Assembly (NCBI GenBank): GCA_020536535.1
Contig: JAHLWZ010000514.1
Coordinates: 1-37,259 of the forward strand
DNA from: Pelomyxa schiedti
Lineage: Eukaryota; Protista; Evosea
DNA: 37,259 bases
Direction of reading: 5' to 3'
Part shown: piece by piece, positions 12,834-25,258 of the stretch
How positions within the stretch are numbered: the first letter of the stretch is position 1
Layout: every line of letters begins with the position of its first letter
The notes under the pieces: generated by a model
Told to the model about the DNA's origin: nothing
The model's database searches: none
The model's input: the letters and a program-made list of their open reading frames with translations, nothing else
Made by a program: the position numbers and the translations under genes

Positions 12834-12879
12834 TACTTAAAAAAGATCCCGTAGAGGCGCACACGGTACGATGATGACT

Positions 12880-14000
12880 CGTTGTGTTTACCGAGGAGTT
12901 GATTTTTTCCCGTTCCTTGAAGACGGTCCAATCATTCTCCAGCGCTTTGGGTTCTTTGTACTGGGACCCATAGATAGGGGGTGTGACCACAGCACCACAA
13001 CACAGCAGCACAAATCAGAGAGTAACACACAGTTTCTACCTTGGACTGAATATTTCACATTGAAGGTGTCTATCAACACCTTTCCTGGCCACCAAAACTG
13101 GCGACCTATGAAAAAGTGAGCAACACCTTTATATATATATTTCAGTTGGCCAAAGAAATGGGAAAAACAATGATTGGACCAGGTGGTTTAATAAACAGGT
13201 TCTTCAATGTGAAAGGGGAGCATAGAGAGTAGCTTTTTCTTTTTTGGTTTTTTTGTTTTAGTGCTCAGTGACACTAAAAGACCATGTTGACTGGAGCACA
13301 GCATTTGGAAGGCACCAAATGGACCGGGGCCTCACAGAAGCAGTTGCTCTCACTTTGTGATCTTGGCTGTTCTTTTCTCCACGGACATTGGCTCAGACCT
13401 GTTTGCCCATGGTTAATATTGTATTGTAATTGATTGATTTGCGGCAAGCATAGTATAAATAAATGGCTTACCAGGAATTTCCCACCAATCTGTGGTGGTA
13501 CTTGAATGGCTACCCAGAAGCGGAGGTCTTCTTTGTCGTGTAGGTGATATTCAAAGTGCAACTCCCATTGGTTCCCATTTTCCGGCCACACTTACGTTGT
13601 CTCGGTCAGCAGGGAAGGACAGTTGAAGCTCCGCCCTTTTTCCATTCCTCAGAACGGAACAAATTACATCCTTGTCATCTTGTGGTATTATCTGTTTGTT
13701 GGCCAGAGGGAGAGATTTGTTTTAGGAGATTTTTAGATTTAAAAATGAATATTATACCTCAGGTTCCAGAAGCACTGTCAGAAGAAAAACCGGAAAAAGC
13801 TGCGGGACAAGTGAAACTTGGATGATCTTCTTGATCTGTTTGTTTGTCCGTTTTGTTATAGTATTAGAAGGATCATTTCCAGGGCTGATTCTCTGTTGAT
13901 CCCAATTAATTTGAGAGGCAATAACTATTGATGATGGGTAATACAGGTTTTTTCGCTTGTATAAGTTGAAGCTCTTCCAAGGCACAATCTCACTGTCTTT
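12880..14000 (-). CDS. Possible multi-exon hypothetical gene, structure unresolved
   Basis: Several GT...AG intron-like segments (e.g. GAG|gtataat, CTG|gtaagcc) separate short open frames such as IKKIIQVSLVPQLFPVFLLTVLLEPE, IIPQDDKDVICSVLRNGKRAELQLSF and GRQFWWPGKV. I could not build one continuous frame. Confidence 0.3.
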
Positions 14001-14046
14001 TAAGCTGCTTAATCAGAGTGACACCCTTTCGCGCTTCTCTGCATCT

Positions 14047-14136
14047 GAGATTCATTGTCTGACGTGAGTTCCTTGGAGTCACTGTTACTGCCCTAACAGT
14101 GACTCTCCAAGGAACTCACATCAGACAACGAATCTC
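14047..14136 (-). ncRNA. Long near-perfect inverted repeat / candidate hairpin RNA
   Basis: Arms 14047-14087 and 14094-14136 with a 6-nt loop, one 2-nt bulge and two mismatches that are G.U pairs on the minus strand. The inverted repeat is certain; the RNA function is not. Confidence 0.4.
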
Positions 14137-14558
14137 TGGAGAAGAGGGGCTTGGTCGCGGCGACGCAGGGTCGGACGCACGCACGACAGGTCGATGGCGG
14201 AGTCGGTCGGTGCGGGTGGGTGGGTGAACGAGATCGATTGTTTTGTTGTTGTTGTTGGCCAACAGTGATTACTGTAGAATAATATCTGTGACAGGGTGTT
14301 TCAATTCCCATTCAATCAGTTAGGCGAAATAAGGAAAGGCAAGAAGCGGAGACACGGCAAGACCAAGAACAGAACGAACCGAACGAATACAATTCCCGCA
14401 GTTGCAGCCAAGTCGTATAATGGTTGTAATAATGGGAACGTCGTCACGTCTTCCGGTGCTGGGTCCCTTGGTGGTCACGAATTGGCAATTTCCTCGACCG
14501 ATACAACGTATGCGCCTGGACGCGATGATGGGACGGCGGCCACCAGGCCACTCAACAC

Positions 14559-16331
14559 ATGAATCCCTCTGTGTTGCACTCATTTAAGTTACGACTGTTA
14601 AAAGAACTACTAGGACTGCTAATTCACTGGTGGGTGATGGTGGACAAGGAACCCAACAATTGGACCACACAGTGCCATGTGTGCCACCAAATGGTATCCA
14701 GTGCCAGGGAAAAAAAAGAGATCAATGTAACACACTCCATACAGTAGGAAACACTGCGAACCCTACAACTACATCAGGAGTGCCTGAAGAATCCCACCAG
14801 TTGCCTGTAGTGACAAAAAGACCTGCACTGACAACACAATTTATGGCTGAACTGTTGCGAATGGTATTCCCTCCTCCAAAAGATACAGTTGGGAACTTAT
14901 TTCATGTATTACTAATAGACTGTGATTTCCCCTGAGACAACAGATTGCATGTATTGTGGGGAGACATGCCCAACAAAGCTCTTTTGTGGCTGCCAGCTCA
15001 CCTTCTACTGTGGACGTGGGTGTCAGATCAACGATTGGCCAGTACACAAGGAAATGTGCACATCCTATGGCACCATCACTGGCCCACCCCCACCTTGTTC
15101 TACCTTTACTGTTCGGTGAAACACCTGGTTGATCCACCTAAATGTTCACCGGGCAAGTAGGATCGCGTGACGTCGTTGGTGGTGGTACTAGTAGTGGCAG
15201 CAACGGGCATGCGAACGGCGGTGGTTATGGGACAGTAGTGGAGGTGCGTACGATAGACCAGTTTGGGTCACCAACGCAGGCCCTGTGCTCACAATACAAC
15301 GCACCACCTGCTGTGTGTGTACTGCGGTTTTGTGACTTGGGTACTAAAAATAGTGCTGGGGGGGTGTGTGTTTATTATTACAACAGGCATGTGGGTACGT
15401 GGCATGTGCGGTGGCTAGGATACTGTGTAACACATTGCGGAATACAACCGCCGCCACGTCTGTGTCTGTGAACCAAGTAAATGAGTGGCTACGCACGGTG
15501 CAGGATACGGCATCGGTGAATAGTGAGGTTATATCTCCTTGTGAAATGTGGGTTTAAAGCTCACGCGCGTTGCTCCCCTCGATAGATTGCCAAGATAATG
15601 CAACATATTCACGACCAAAGATACTGTTACATGATTGACCATTCCGATGAATTCCCCCGCCACGCGGAACGAGACTCGTATCTGCGGGACTGGGTCGCCA
15701 ACTATGAAATCAGGTTTGTTTTAAGTGAATCATGCCAAGCTATTCCATTGAATGCCGAGCATTGAAGTTTCCTAACCGTTTGTTCATGTGTTCTATTCCG
15801 CTCTCTTGTTTGACTTTGGGGCAGCCAGTGATTGGATGGGAATCACCAACCCACAGTTTGGAAACTGTATACAGTTTGCTAGGCAAGTTGAACCGCATCC
15901 CGAAAAGCTGAAACACGAAGAACTCCAGCGAGTTGTTGAAGAAGTTCCCTTCCGCGGCCTTCCTTTCTTCATGGAGACCTACTCACCAAGTACCCCCACA
16001 ATGCCAACAAGCTAAATTAGCGATGTAAATAAGACATACCGGGACTAACCACCCACAGATAGAAAGCTGCAAACACCGCAAGAATGGCTCGCGAGTTACA
16101 ACAACCATCACTTCGATCCCATGCAAGTAGTGTACATAGTGGACCTACTAGGTCACTTTGCTGTGGCGAAAGCAGCAGTTATTACAGACAACAGCGGCAC
16201 TTCCCGCAATGTACTCTTTCTACTTAACAGCCTCGGCTCCTATGTTGGTATACGAGATTCTTCTCTAATAATACAATACTAAAAAAGCCTCTTTTCTAAA
16301 CTTCATTCCCGGTGTTTTTTTTAATTTTTAG
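14559..16331 (+). CDS. MYND-type zinc finger protein with a downstream uncharacterised, putatively papain-like domain (5' and 3' ends uncertain)
   Basis: CMYCGETCPTKLFCGCQLTFYCGRGCQINDWPVHKEMC at about 14947-15060 is a typical zf-MYND pattern. Downstream spliced exons read QYNAPPA|ACGYVACAVAR..ERDSYLRDWVANYEISDW..IVDLLGHFAVAK..LFLLNSLGSY. Confidence 0.65.
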
Positions 16332-16593
16332 ATAGGCCAATAATGAAGAGCTTGTACAACATGATATTCTTGCATTCTGTATGAGGGAGCGTTGTGGATT
16401 CAACGAGGATTGGCTGCTGAATGAGGGTGTAAAAAGGCTGCCTTGTTGTTGCAACTAATCGTAAAAGGGTGCCTCCCTTTACTTTTTTTTTGGGTTTTCG
16501 TTTCACTCTTCCTTGGTTATTGAGTTGTTGATTTTGTGGCCTTGCTGTGGGTTTTTGTTGTTATTGAATGAACGATTGTTGAGGGAGGGGAAG

Positions 16594-19500
16594 TCACCGG
16601 TTACTGCGCGGTTTTCTTGGTGCACTGCTTTCTGGGTTTCTTCTTGCTGGATTTGTAACGTTGTTGCTGGTGTTAGTATTGACTGAATTGTTGTTGGGGT
16701 GGTGTGTTGTAGTTGTTGTGGTAGTTGTTGTTGTGGTAATGATGGGCTTTGTGGCGTTTGGATTGGTTGTTGTTGTGCTGCTGTGGGTGCGGTGGATCAT
16801 CACGGTGGGTTGGTGCGGTGTGGAGGTGAAGCCGCCGCCGGCGCCGCCGGGGGGGTGCCGGGATGAGGGCGGCTTGTAGTACGATTGCTGCGGTTGAAGA
16901 GAGCGCATTTGTTGGTGGTATCCCCAGTTGTCGAGCGTCGACACAGGGCCTTGGGAGTGGGTGAAAGGAGAAAGTAAGCAAGCGTGAGAAAAAAGGAATA
17001 TGCGGAGTACCTCCAAGGCTGTACAAATAAGATTGCGGCGGTGCAGTTGTTGCTTGCGGAGATGCAGGATTTTGTTGTTGTTGTTGTTGTTGTTGCAGAA
17101 GGGTGTTTTTGTTGTTGTTGCTGCTGTTGTTGGAAGTGTCTGGATTGCTGGACTCTGTTGTGGGGTGACTCTGCACAGCCGGTGGCGGTGCTGGAATGGA
17201 GAAAGCACTGACCCAAAAGTAGAAATTCTGAACCACTCCATTCCTGCCAAGCATTAGCACATAATAATAATAATAATAATATGTGAGTGAGTGGAGGTCA
17301 TGTTCACTGAGGAAAGTGTGGATGTGAGTAAGGAAGGAAGGAAGGAAACCTGAAAGCCAACAGGTCCGGATCAGGGTGAAGTATTCTCTTCAAAATAGAG
17401 GTTGAGCTGAGTGCCGTTGCACTGGTCAATGGAGGTGGAACCCCCGACGAGGCAATAGTCTCAGTTGTTAATAAAGTGGGTGTGGGCGTGGGTGCGAGAG
17501 TGGGTGTTGTGGTGGTGGTGGATTTTGCCTGGGAACCGTCGGTTACAGGAGATTTATCATCAGCAGCAGCCAAAGATACGGTGCTTCTCTCAGGCTGGGG
17601 TGCATTGGGGGTGGGTTTGGTTTCATGAGCACAGAGGCGGTGATACGTTTGCGCGAACACACCCCTGATATGGATTGTGCTGTAAGACATTCTACCAACA
17701 TCATTTTCTAGTATGTGTGCGGTGCACATAAGCATCGCATAGAAGAGATCGAAGAACAACAAACCGGGATCGTTGGGGTCTTCAACACACAATAGAAATG
17801 GATTATTTGGACGAACCCAGCCACGTGCTCCCTGTTGATCATGTGAGTGAAAAGAGTGCAAGGAGGAGAGTTGTTTTTCTCTTCACTTTATCAAATATAG
17901 ATCCATTGTCGCGAACAGATATCCCTTGAGCCAGCGTGAGATGTATTCCGTAAAGGTAAAAAAGAAGGGTACCATGCTTAAAGTAGTCAAATGTAATGCC
18001 ATAAAAATAAAAGAACTCCAGTAAAACTTGACCCAAATTGGGGGCCACGAAAGGTTCCTCTGCTGGGTGTTGTTGGTTGGCAGTAGAAGCCTCTGGTGGT
18101 TGATTTTCGTGCAGTGCATCGGGAGAAGAAGGGATTTGCACTACTAGTTGTAACTTGGTAAGGGCTTCAATTCAAAAGGGCAGTTGTAAAATTTACGTTT
18201 GATGGGGAAAACCTGGTGATTCGTGAATCTTTGGCTGTTTGTGTTGCTAAATAACCCGTTAACAGTCCATATGCACCGAAAAGGGTACACACCAAAAGAA
18301 TATAGACCATCATCAAAGTGAGGGCATAGGAGCCAATACCACCTTTGTGGGTCTCACTCAAGTGTTGCTGATGCAAAAAATATTTCAGGAAAAGCACAAG
18401 TGGTCTGAGGTAGGGCATTTTCTTCACAAAACCCATGATAACCCTTGTGTTGTTAGGACCTTGTGCGGTTAGACTGGTAAGACGAGGGGGAACCGTACCG
18501 GCATTGACATTGCAACAGATGTCCACTGTTAGTCCCGAAATCCTGTCTTTCATCTTGATGATTGGAACCTTTTTCTTCGGTTAGATAACTTAGTATGGAT
18601 TTGAGAAAATACCTTCGCATTTGGGAATACTGAGATGTCAGCAAAAAACAACCTTGCCTGTTGTTGATACAAAAAAGCAGCCAGTTGTTGAAGGTATTGT
18701 ATTGCATGGATGTTACCCTCCGACTCAATATACACGGCAATGTCCACATCCGCAAATGGTAAGAACAGTGAAGTAACAGAGGACCCATATACTTCAATCT
18801 ATGGGTTGGATTGGTTTTTTGTTTTTTTCAACTCTGTTTGTCCTGAGAGAACTGGAATTATTACCTTTGCGGTGGACCATATCTGATTTACAATCGTTTT
18901 GATACGAGAAATTAGTTCCTCACGAAGAGTTTTCTCTTCAGTGAAAGGCTCTGTGTGTAGGGAATTACAAATAGTTACAGAAGAAAGTAAAAAACAAACA
19001 AACCCATAAACTTCTCGAATAATAATATTTCATCATGTAACCTGTAATTTAATTCATGGAATTAGTTCTCTCATAGAAGTCAATGAAAAGAGGCAGCAAC
19101 TCACGTTATTTCCTGAGAATGTCTTGTTGGAGGTTGCATCCAAGGCGGTTCACTTCCCCCTCCGAACCACCCACTCCCAGAAGACATGGGGCCCAGCACG
19201 GGGCTGTATGCACCCGTGTTAACGTACATGTGATAATGAAGCTTTTGAGAAGGATGTGAATGAGGCCGTTGCTGATGAGAGGTTTGTGCATCGTTTTCAG
19301 TATCTGTGCCCCTCGTGTCAATTTCTTCCATTGGACTATTTGAAGTGGTTGAATACACTGTGTGGCCGGGAACGAGTCTTTGGTTAGGACCACTGGGGTG
19401 TCTTTGATACTGTTGTGCATGATAGCTGTTGCTTCCACCATAAAATGTGGCACTAGTTTCCCCGAAACCCCGTCTGCTATAATGAACACTGACACTGACT

Positions 19501-20835
19501 CTATCTCCAGTATTCAAAGTAACGGCACTCTCTGCTGGTGCAGCAATAGCTTCACCACTTGGAGTACTCTGGGCCAGTTCTGCACTGGTGTGAGTACCAG
19601 CATCAATGCTCGTTGGAGTTGCAGGCATTTGTTGTGTAACACCCGGTTGGGTTGGTTGCACAGCAAGCGGTGCGCCTTCCTTCTCGAGAGATACAGCTAA
19701 TGGTGCAGGGCAGTCCAGTTTGCTGGAATTTTGTTGTTGGAGCAAACTGTTTGAGGGTGGGGGTTGGGCTTGTGGTGACTTTTCTTTTTGTATTTCATTG
19801 TGGTGCTGCTGAGAAAGAGAGCCAAGTATTTCACCACTGGCCAATATGGGTGGGGTACTTGCGCTGGGTGTATGGAGTAAAATGGGAGGAGATGGACACG
19901 GGGAATTTATGGGGGATGCAAGCGGTGATGTGGGAGGCATATTTTGAGTTGGAGAAAATGAGGTTGTGGTTTGTGACTTTGCTGCACGAGGTGATAAGAT
20001 ATTTTGTGAGTTTGTTAAGGTATGAAGGGACAGGGAATTTGGAGGGGAGTTGAGAGGGGAGTTCGTAGGAGGTGAATTCAGGGAGAAAGAGTTCGGCGGT
20101 GAATTGATTGGCGGGGAATTAACTGGCGGAGAAGACCGCCTCTGTGGAGAGGGTATATTAATTCTTTGGGAACGTGGTGATCCCGTTGTCTTTGAAGCTG
20201 GGGATGGTGGGGATTTAGGATGCGTGTGGTGATCCAAGTGGGGATGTGGCATATGTGGGACTTGTGCAGGGGAACTTGGTTGTTGTGGATGTGGTTCATC
20301 CTTGGTTCTGTCCCAGTTAGAATCACCCACTGGCGCTTGGAAACGCGGACTATTCTTCTTGGAGGGTGAATTCTGAGCGGGAGATGTCGGTGGTGTGACG
20401 AGAGGCACGGAAGGAGAGTTGCCAGAGCCGGACTTGGAGTGAGAGTTCGTGCGGTGCCTAGGGGGTGCAGACTGAAGATCGTGAGGGTCATGTGACGTAA
20501 CCGTTATGGGAGAGGAGGGTGCAGAGTGCGATTCAGAGAGCGTGTGCAGAGAAGTCTTTTTAGGCATGCAAAAATACAAACTGGCCTGCGATTCACGTGA
20601 GCAACCGGGACTCGAATTGATTGGTGAATACGTGGTGTGAGGGCATGCCGATATTATGCGGAGGAAAAACGACGCTTACTTCGACAAGGCGAACTCGGAT
20701 CTGCGGCTGTTGTACGCAAAGATCGCCCAACAAAACCACCCTTCTCCCTGCTTCTGTTTGACTTGCTGTGGTCGCCCGCACACGTGCGTGTTGTTGATTG
20801 ACCTTTAAAAAAGAGAATGATTCGTTCAATTGCAT
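16594..20835 (-). CDS. Non-canonical poly(A) polymerase, TRF4/PAPD5/TENT4-like, with long low-complexity N- and C-terminal extensions
   Basis: Nucleotidyltransferase signature IEVYGSSVTSLFLPFADVDIAV, third Asp in VDIC, LRPLVLFLKYFLHQQHLSETHKGGIGSYALTLM, NLGQVLLEFFYFYG, and PAP-associated LCVEDPNDP..NDVGRMSY. The 5' end is inferred via an intron at about 20587-20678. Confidence 0.9.
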
Positions 20836-21070
20836 TTGAAGGAGCCCGAAGCGAGATTCTTTCAAAAATGCCCGAAGATCCCTCGGGAATTGAACATGTC
20901 AAACAACGCAGGGGATTGCTGTATCCCCGAGCCACACTGTGTCAACATGTCAACTTTTTTCAGAACTGCTGGTTTTCCGAATCTCCAGGATCACAAACAC
21001 AAAAAAAACCTTCCGGTTGGACGAGCGACCTGTAACCAACAACAAAAACACGACAAGTTGAATAAGGGAG

Positions 21071-23076
21071 ATGAGTTCACAGCCACCATCGGCGAGTGCC
21101 TCTGTTTCTGTTAGCACGTCATCGTCGCCGACCATGCCGCCGTCGGCGTCAACTGCCACCGCGAGTGCACCAAAGGCTACGCACGCACCACAACCTTCAA
21201 GCACCACTGTGCGTCGTGTCGAATGTCCAACCTTTGACGTTAACAAGTACGCCAACAGATACTCCGGTAAGGCCTTCCGCTTTTTTTTTTTTTCCCCTTG
21301 TTGCCAACGAGTTGACCTTCTATAGGTTCTTTGTTGGTTCAACGCATGCGATTCGTGGCTGAGAGGGTTGCCAATCCTGCTGTTGGGTTTGCAGCTCTCC
21401 TTAGAGCTTCAAAAGAGATTAAAAGGCCTGATTCCCCTTGTGGGTTGAACACACTCGCTTTCCGCGCAATTTCCAATGACTGGGCTCCTACGTTCGCATC
21501 TACTGTAGGAGCTTCGGTTCCTCATGAACTTATCCTCGACCAGGTAGGAGGAAAAATATAATTATCCGTTTTTTAAACAAATTCTAACAGGCTTGGATGG
21601 ATGCAACTGAGAGGACTGCTATTAATATGCAAGAGAAATTGGAGCAAGGACTCAATGCCGCTCGCGCCAATACTACAAAGGAGCAGCTTCGGGTTTGACT
21701 ATGCAACTATGCGAAAACTCACTTGTTTTGTAGCAAGCATTTGTAAACTTGGCGCAGTTCTTCTATAAACGTGGTGATATTACAAATTGCACAAAGATGT
21801 TTTCTCGAGCCCGCGATCATTGCACTACAACTGCCCACAATAATGAAGTATACATTGGCCTGATCAAGGCAGGATTGGAGATAAAGAACTACCCATCAGT
21901 TTGCCGCGACTTTCTTGTGCCTTTGCCTGAATTTCTTCTAGGTCGGACTGCACGGTTCCAAAGCCCTACAAGGCATCAATGTAAATGCTCCTGAAAACCA
22001 AGTTCTGGCTGCGAGATTGAAGGTGCACTACTTTCTATTTTTAAGTATTAAAACTGATTATAATAGGCTTGTGCAGCCCTTGTGGAGCTAAAAAGCAAGT
22101 CATTCAGACAGGCAGCGAGAAAACTGATTGAGATTGGTGACATTGCTAACTGGAATGAGGTGCATACTCACTACCCTGACGATCTTTGAATGACGTTTAT
22201 CACCGTAGGTCATTTCCCCAGAAGATATTGCAATTTATGCAAGCGTATGTGGGCTGGCTACGTTTGACAGAGGGGAAATAAAACGAAACGTATACATCAT
22301 CCAAAGAAATCTTCTTAGTGTTTTCTAGATTCTTGAGAATCCTTCTTTCCGTCAGTATCTGGCTTTGGTGCCTGATGTCCAAAAGATTGTCACCGATTTC
22401 TACAACAGCAATTATGCTGCCTGTTTGTCCTCTCTTCACGCATTGCAGGTGATCTCTTACGCCCTGTAGTTAGTTCCTAATAAATTTAGGTGGAATTGCA
22501 ACTCGATTTGTACATGGCCGAGCACATTTCTACCCTTACACAGAAGATCCGCGATAAAGCCCTTATTCAATACTTCACGTGAGTAGTTTGTCTTCCAACC
22601 AACAGTCACCAATAAATACCAGCCCGTACGCTTCCGTGGATATGAATATGATGGCTGCTGCGTTCAACACTCCCCTCCCTGACCTTGAGAGAGAAATCTC
22701 AAAGTTGATCATGGATAATCAACTCCAGGCCAGGATCGACTCACAGAACAAGGTTAACCCTCCCGCTTTTTGGGTTTCTACTGAAAGTTTACAAGGTACT
22801 AATTGCTCAACAAGCCGACCAGAGGTCCAATACTTTCAAGACGGTTCTAGACGGAGGTGACGACCTTCATCACGACCTTCAGGCACTGCTGTTCAGGATG
22901 AATCTAATGCGTGCCGATTTCTCTGTGCAGGTTTGAAACCCTTTGAGTACCTTTTTTTCCGCACTCACCCGGAACAGGCCCGCTCACACAAGGGCGACAA
23001 GAGACCCACCGGCGGACCACAAGGACCAGCAGGGATGATGTTTGATCCAGCTATGCTTGGCTTCATGCAACCGTGA
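21071..23076 (+). CDS. CSN1: COP9 signalosome subunit 1 (PCI domain)
   Basis: [12 protein letters not shown]; [26 protein letters not shown]; [24 protein letters not shown]; [11 protein letters not shown]; LDLYMAEH; [44 protein letters not shown]. These fit CSN1 better than Rpn7. Confidence 0.93.
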
Positions 23077-23229
23077 TACTGACACCAACACCGCACTCAA
23101 GTACACAAGTTTTAAAGTATTAAAAAAAATGCAAATCAAACCCAAAAAAGGAACCAGTTAGTTACAAGAAGTTGTGTTGTCTCCTTTTTCCTTCCTAACT
23201 TCATGTCTTCACGCCTCACGTTCTGCTCC

Positions 23230-24951
23230 TCAGAGGAACTCTCCCTCCGAGGCACCTCTCCTCTGCAGTGAATGCGATGAGCTCTTGATCCTCTGCTCCA
23301 CGCTTGTGCCTGTGCCCTTTCCCGAGCCATACACCTGCCTCTCCATGCTCCTCAAGAACGTGGGCCTGGCCCCCGACGTCGCGTCGCCGCCGCTGGCGGC
23401 CCCGGGCGCCTCGGGGGTCTTTGTGGAGCTGGAGGCGCTGAGGCCGTGGGCCTCGACCCTCTTCTCGGCGCTCTTGAGCTTGTGGTCCATGTGGGCCTTG
23501 GCGTCGGCCTTCATCTGCTCCAGCATGGCCTCGCGCTCCTTGCCGCCGGCCCGCATCAGCCGCTTCCTCCTGAGCTGCTCTCGCTTCTCTTCCTCCTCGC
23601 GCTGCCTCTTCTCCTCCTCGCTGGCCCGGTGCTGCGCCTCGATGTCGCTCAGTGACACTGTCCTCTCTGTGGATTGTGCTGATGGACAGGTCACGGTCAG
23701 GCCGTACTTCCCTTTGGTGGTTGCGGATGAGGGAGTGGAAGAAGAAGAGCTAGCGGTACTTGTGCTGGTTGTTGATGTGCTTGCGGGAGGTTCGGTCCTT
23801 CTTCTCTTGGAGCCATCATCATCTGATGGGCCTTCTTGTTGTTGGCGTTGCTGTTCTTGTGTGGTTGTTGTTGGGGGTCTCTTCCTATCTGTTGTTGGCG
23901 ATTTGCTCCTGCTACGGCTTCGGCTGCTGCTGTGCTTGTGCTTTTTGTGGTGGGATGATGCGGAAGTTCCGGTTTCCGTGTCTGAGTGATGCTTATGGTG
24001 GTGTTTGTGGTGGTGCTTGTGATGTTCTGGTTTTTCTGATGTTGTGGGTTCTGGTGTTGCGGTCGGGGGAGTAGGGTTGCAGATGGAGCGTACAAGTTCC
24101 GCTAGTACTTCGTCTCCCATAACCATTGATTTGAGCTTAGCCATTGCGAACTTATCTTTGGATGCAAGGATAAGCAGTTTTCGAATCTTGCCTACAATTT
24201 TGGCAATCTTCTTGATGCTCCCTGAAGAAGGGTCAGATGAATTCAGCAAGTAGTTTACTACGGAAGGTACCTGAACCACGAGCAACTTGCAGTTTACGAA
24301 TCAACTCGCTCATTTTCTCTTGCTGCAATGTCATCATTTTTACAGGGTTGTCCAAAATTTGTTTCAGAGATTGTTGTTCCTGCTTCTTCATGATGAGGAG
24401 AGGGTCCTGCCTTACTTTCGACATAGCGTCCTGAAATTATTTAGGAGATGGTTAGGAGAATGTTTGTATTGTGTAAGGCTACCTGTACTGGATCCACATT
24501 GGCACCAAATAGTGCACCGGGCTTGTCGGCAAAGTTGGCACGCACTTCATCAGAAATTCTCCTCCCCAGGAGGTAGGACTCACTGTCAGTAGCCGCAGTT
24601 GCATTGTCATACAACCAATCAACTCTATCGCGCTTCGGGGCGCCTGTGGCAGCAGAGTGGATATCTCTCAGCTCTTGTATTTGCTCCTTCTCGGCTCTAC
24701 GGAACAAATGAGCGACAACGACCAAATGCCCTAGTACGTGAAGTGAAAGAGGCACTACGTACATCTCGCGCTTGAGGGCCTCTATTTGCTTCTGCTCTTC
24801 AGAGTGCCTCCTCTCCCTCAGCCATACTTGCTCGATGTTTTTGAGGGTCCCTGTACGTGCGGTTGGTGGTGCCTCCTGCAACGCGACAAAACGCGACAAA
24901 ACGCGACACACCGGTGTGCCAGCTCTTCTTCGACAAAAAGTTCTTGTTCAT
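23230..24951 (-). CDS. CWC25: Pre-mRNA splicing factor CWC25
   Basis: MNKNFLSKKSWHTG|TLKNIEQVWLRERRHSEEQKQIEALKRE (Cir_N-like); RVDWLYD..ESYLLGRRI; SKVRQDPLLIMKKQE..ILDNPVKM; C-terminal SVEQRIKSSSHSLQR. Confidence 0.9.
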
Positions 24952-25258
24952 GAAGCTCGGTTTTTTTTTTTTGGTTTTTTGATGAATTTTCTTTCACATA
25001 GGGAATTCAGCAGTCACAAGCCTACTACTCTTATCCTCACTGAAATCATCCCTCTCTGCTAGTGCTCAAGGACCCTTGACACGGTAGCAGAGAGGATTGA
25101 TTTTCGATGGCTGCTTTATGTTTGTTTGTTTGTTTGTTTTTGTGTTCCTGGTTGGGTGTCACTATGGACCTTTCATGACAAAGGATTTGCTAGATTGCAG
25201 GCAGCAATAACCAACAACGTTTGGATCTTTACAGCTTGTTTTTGTGGTGGATATGTGC

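Noticed and set aside
23174-23989. 271-aa plus-strand ORF
   Set aside because: Antisense to the GC3-rich CWC25 exon, where stop codons are depleted.
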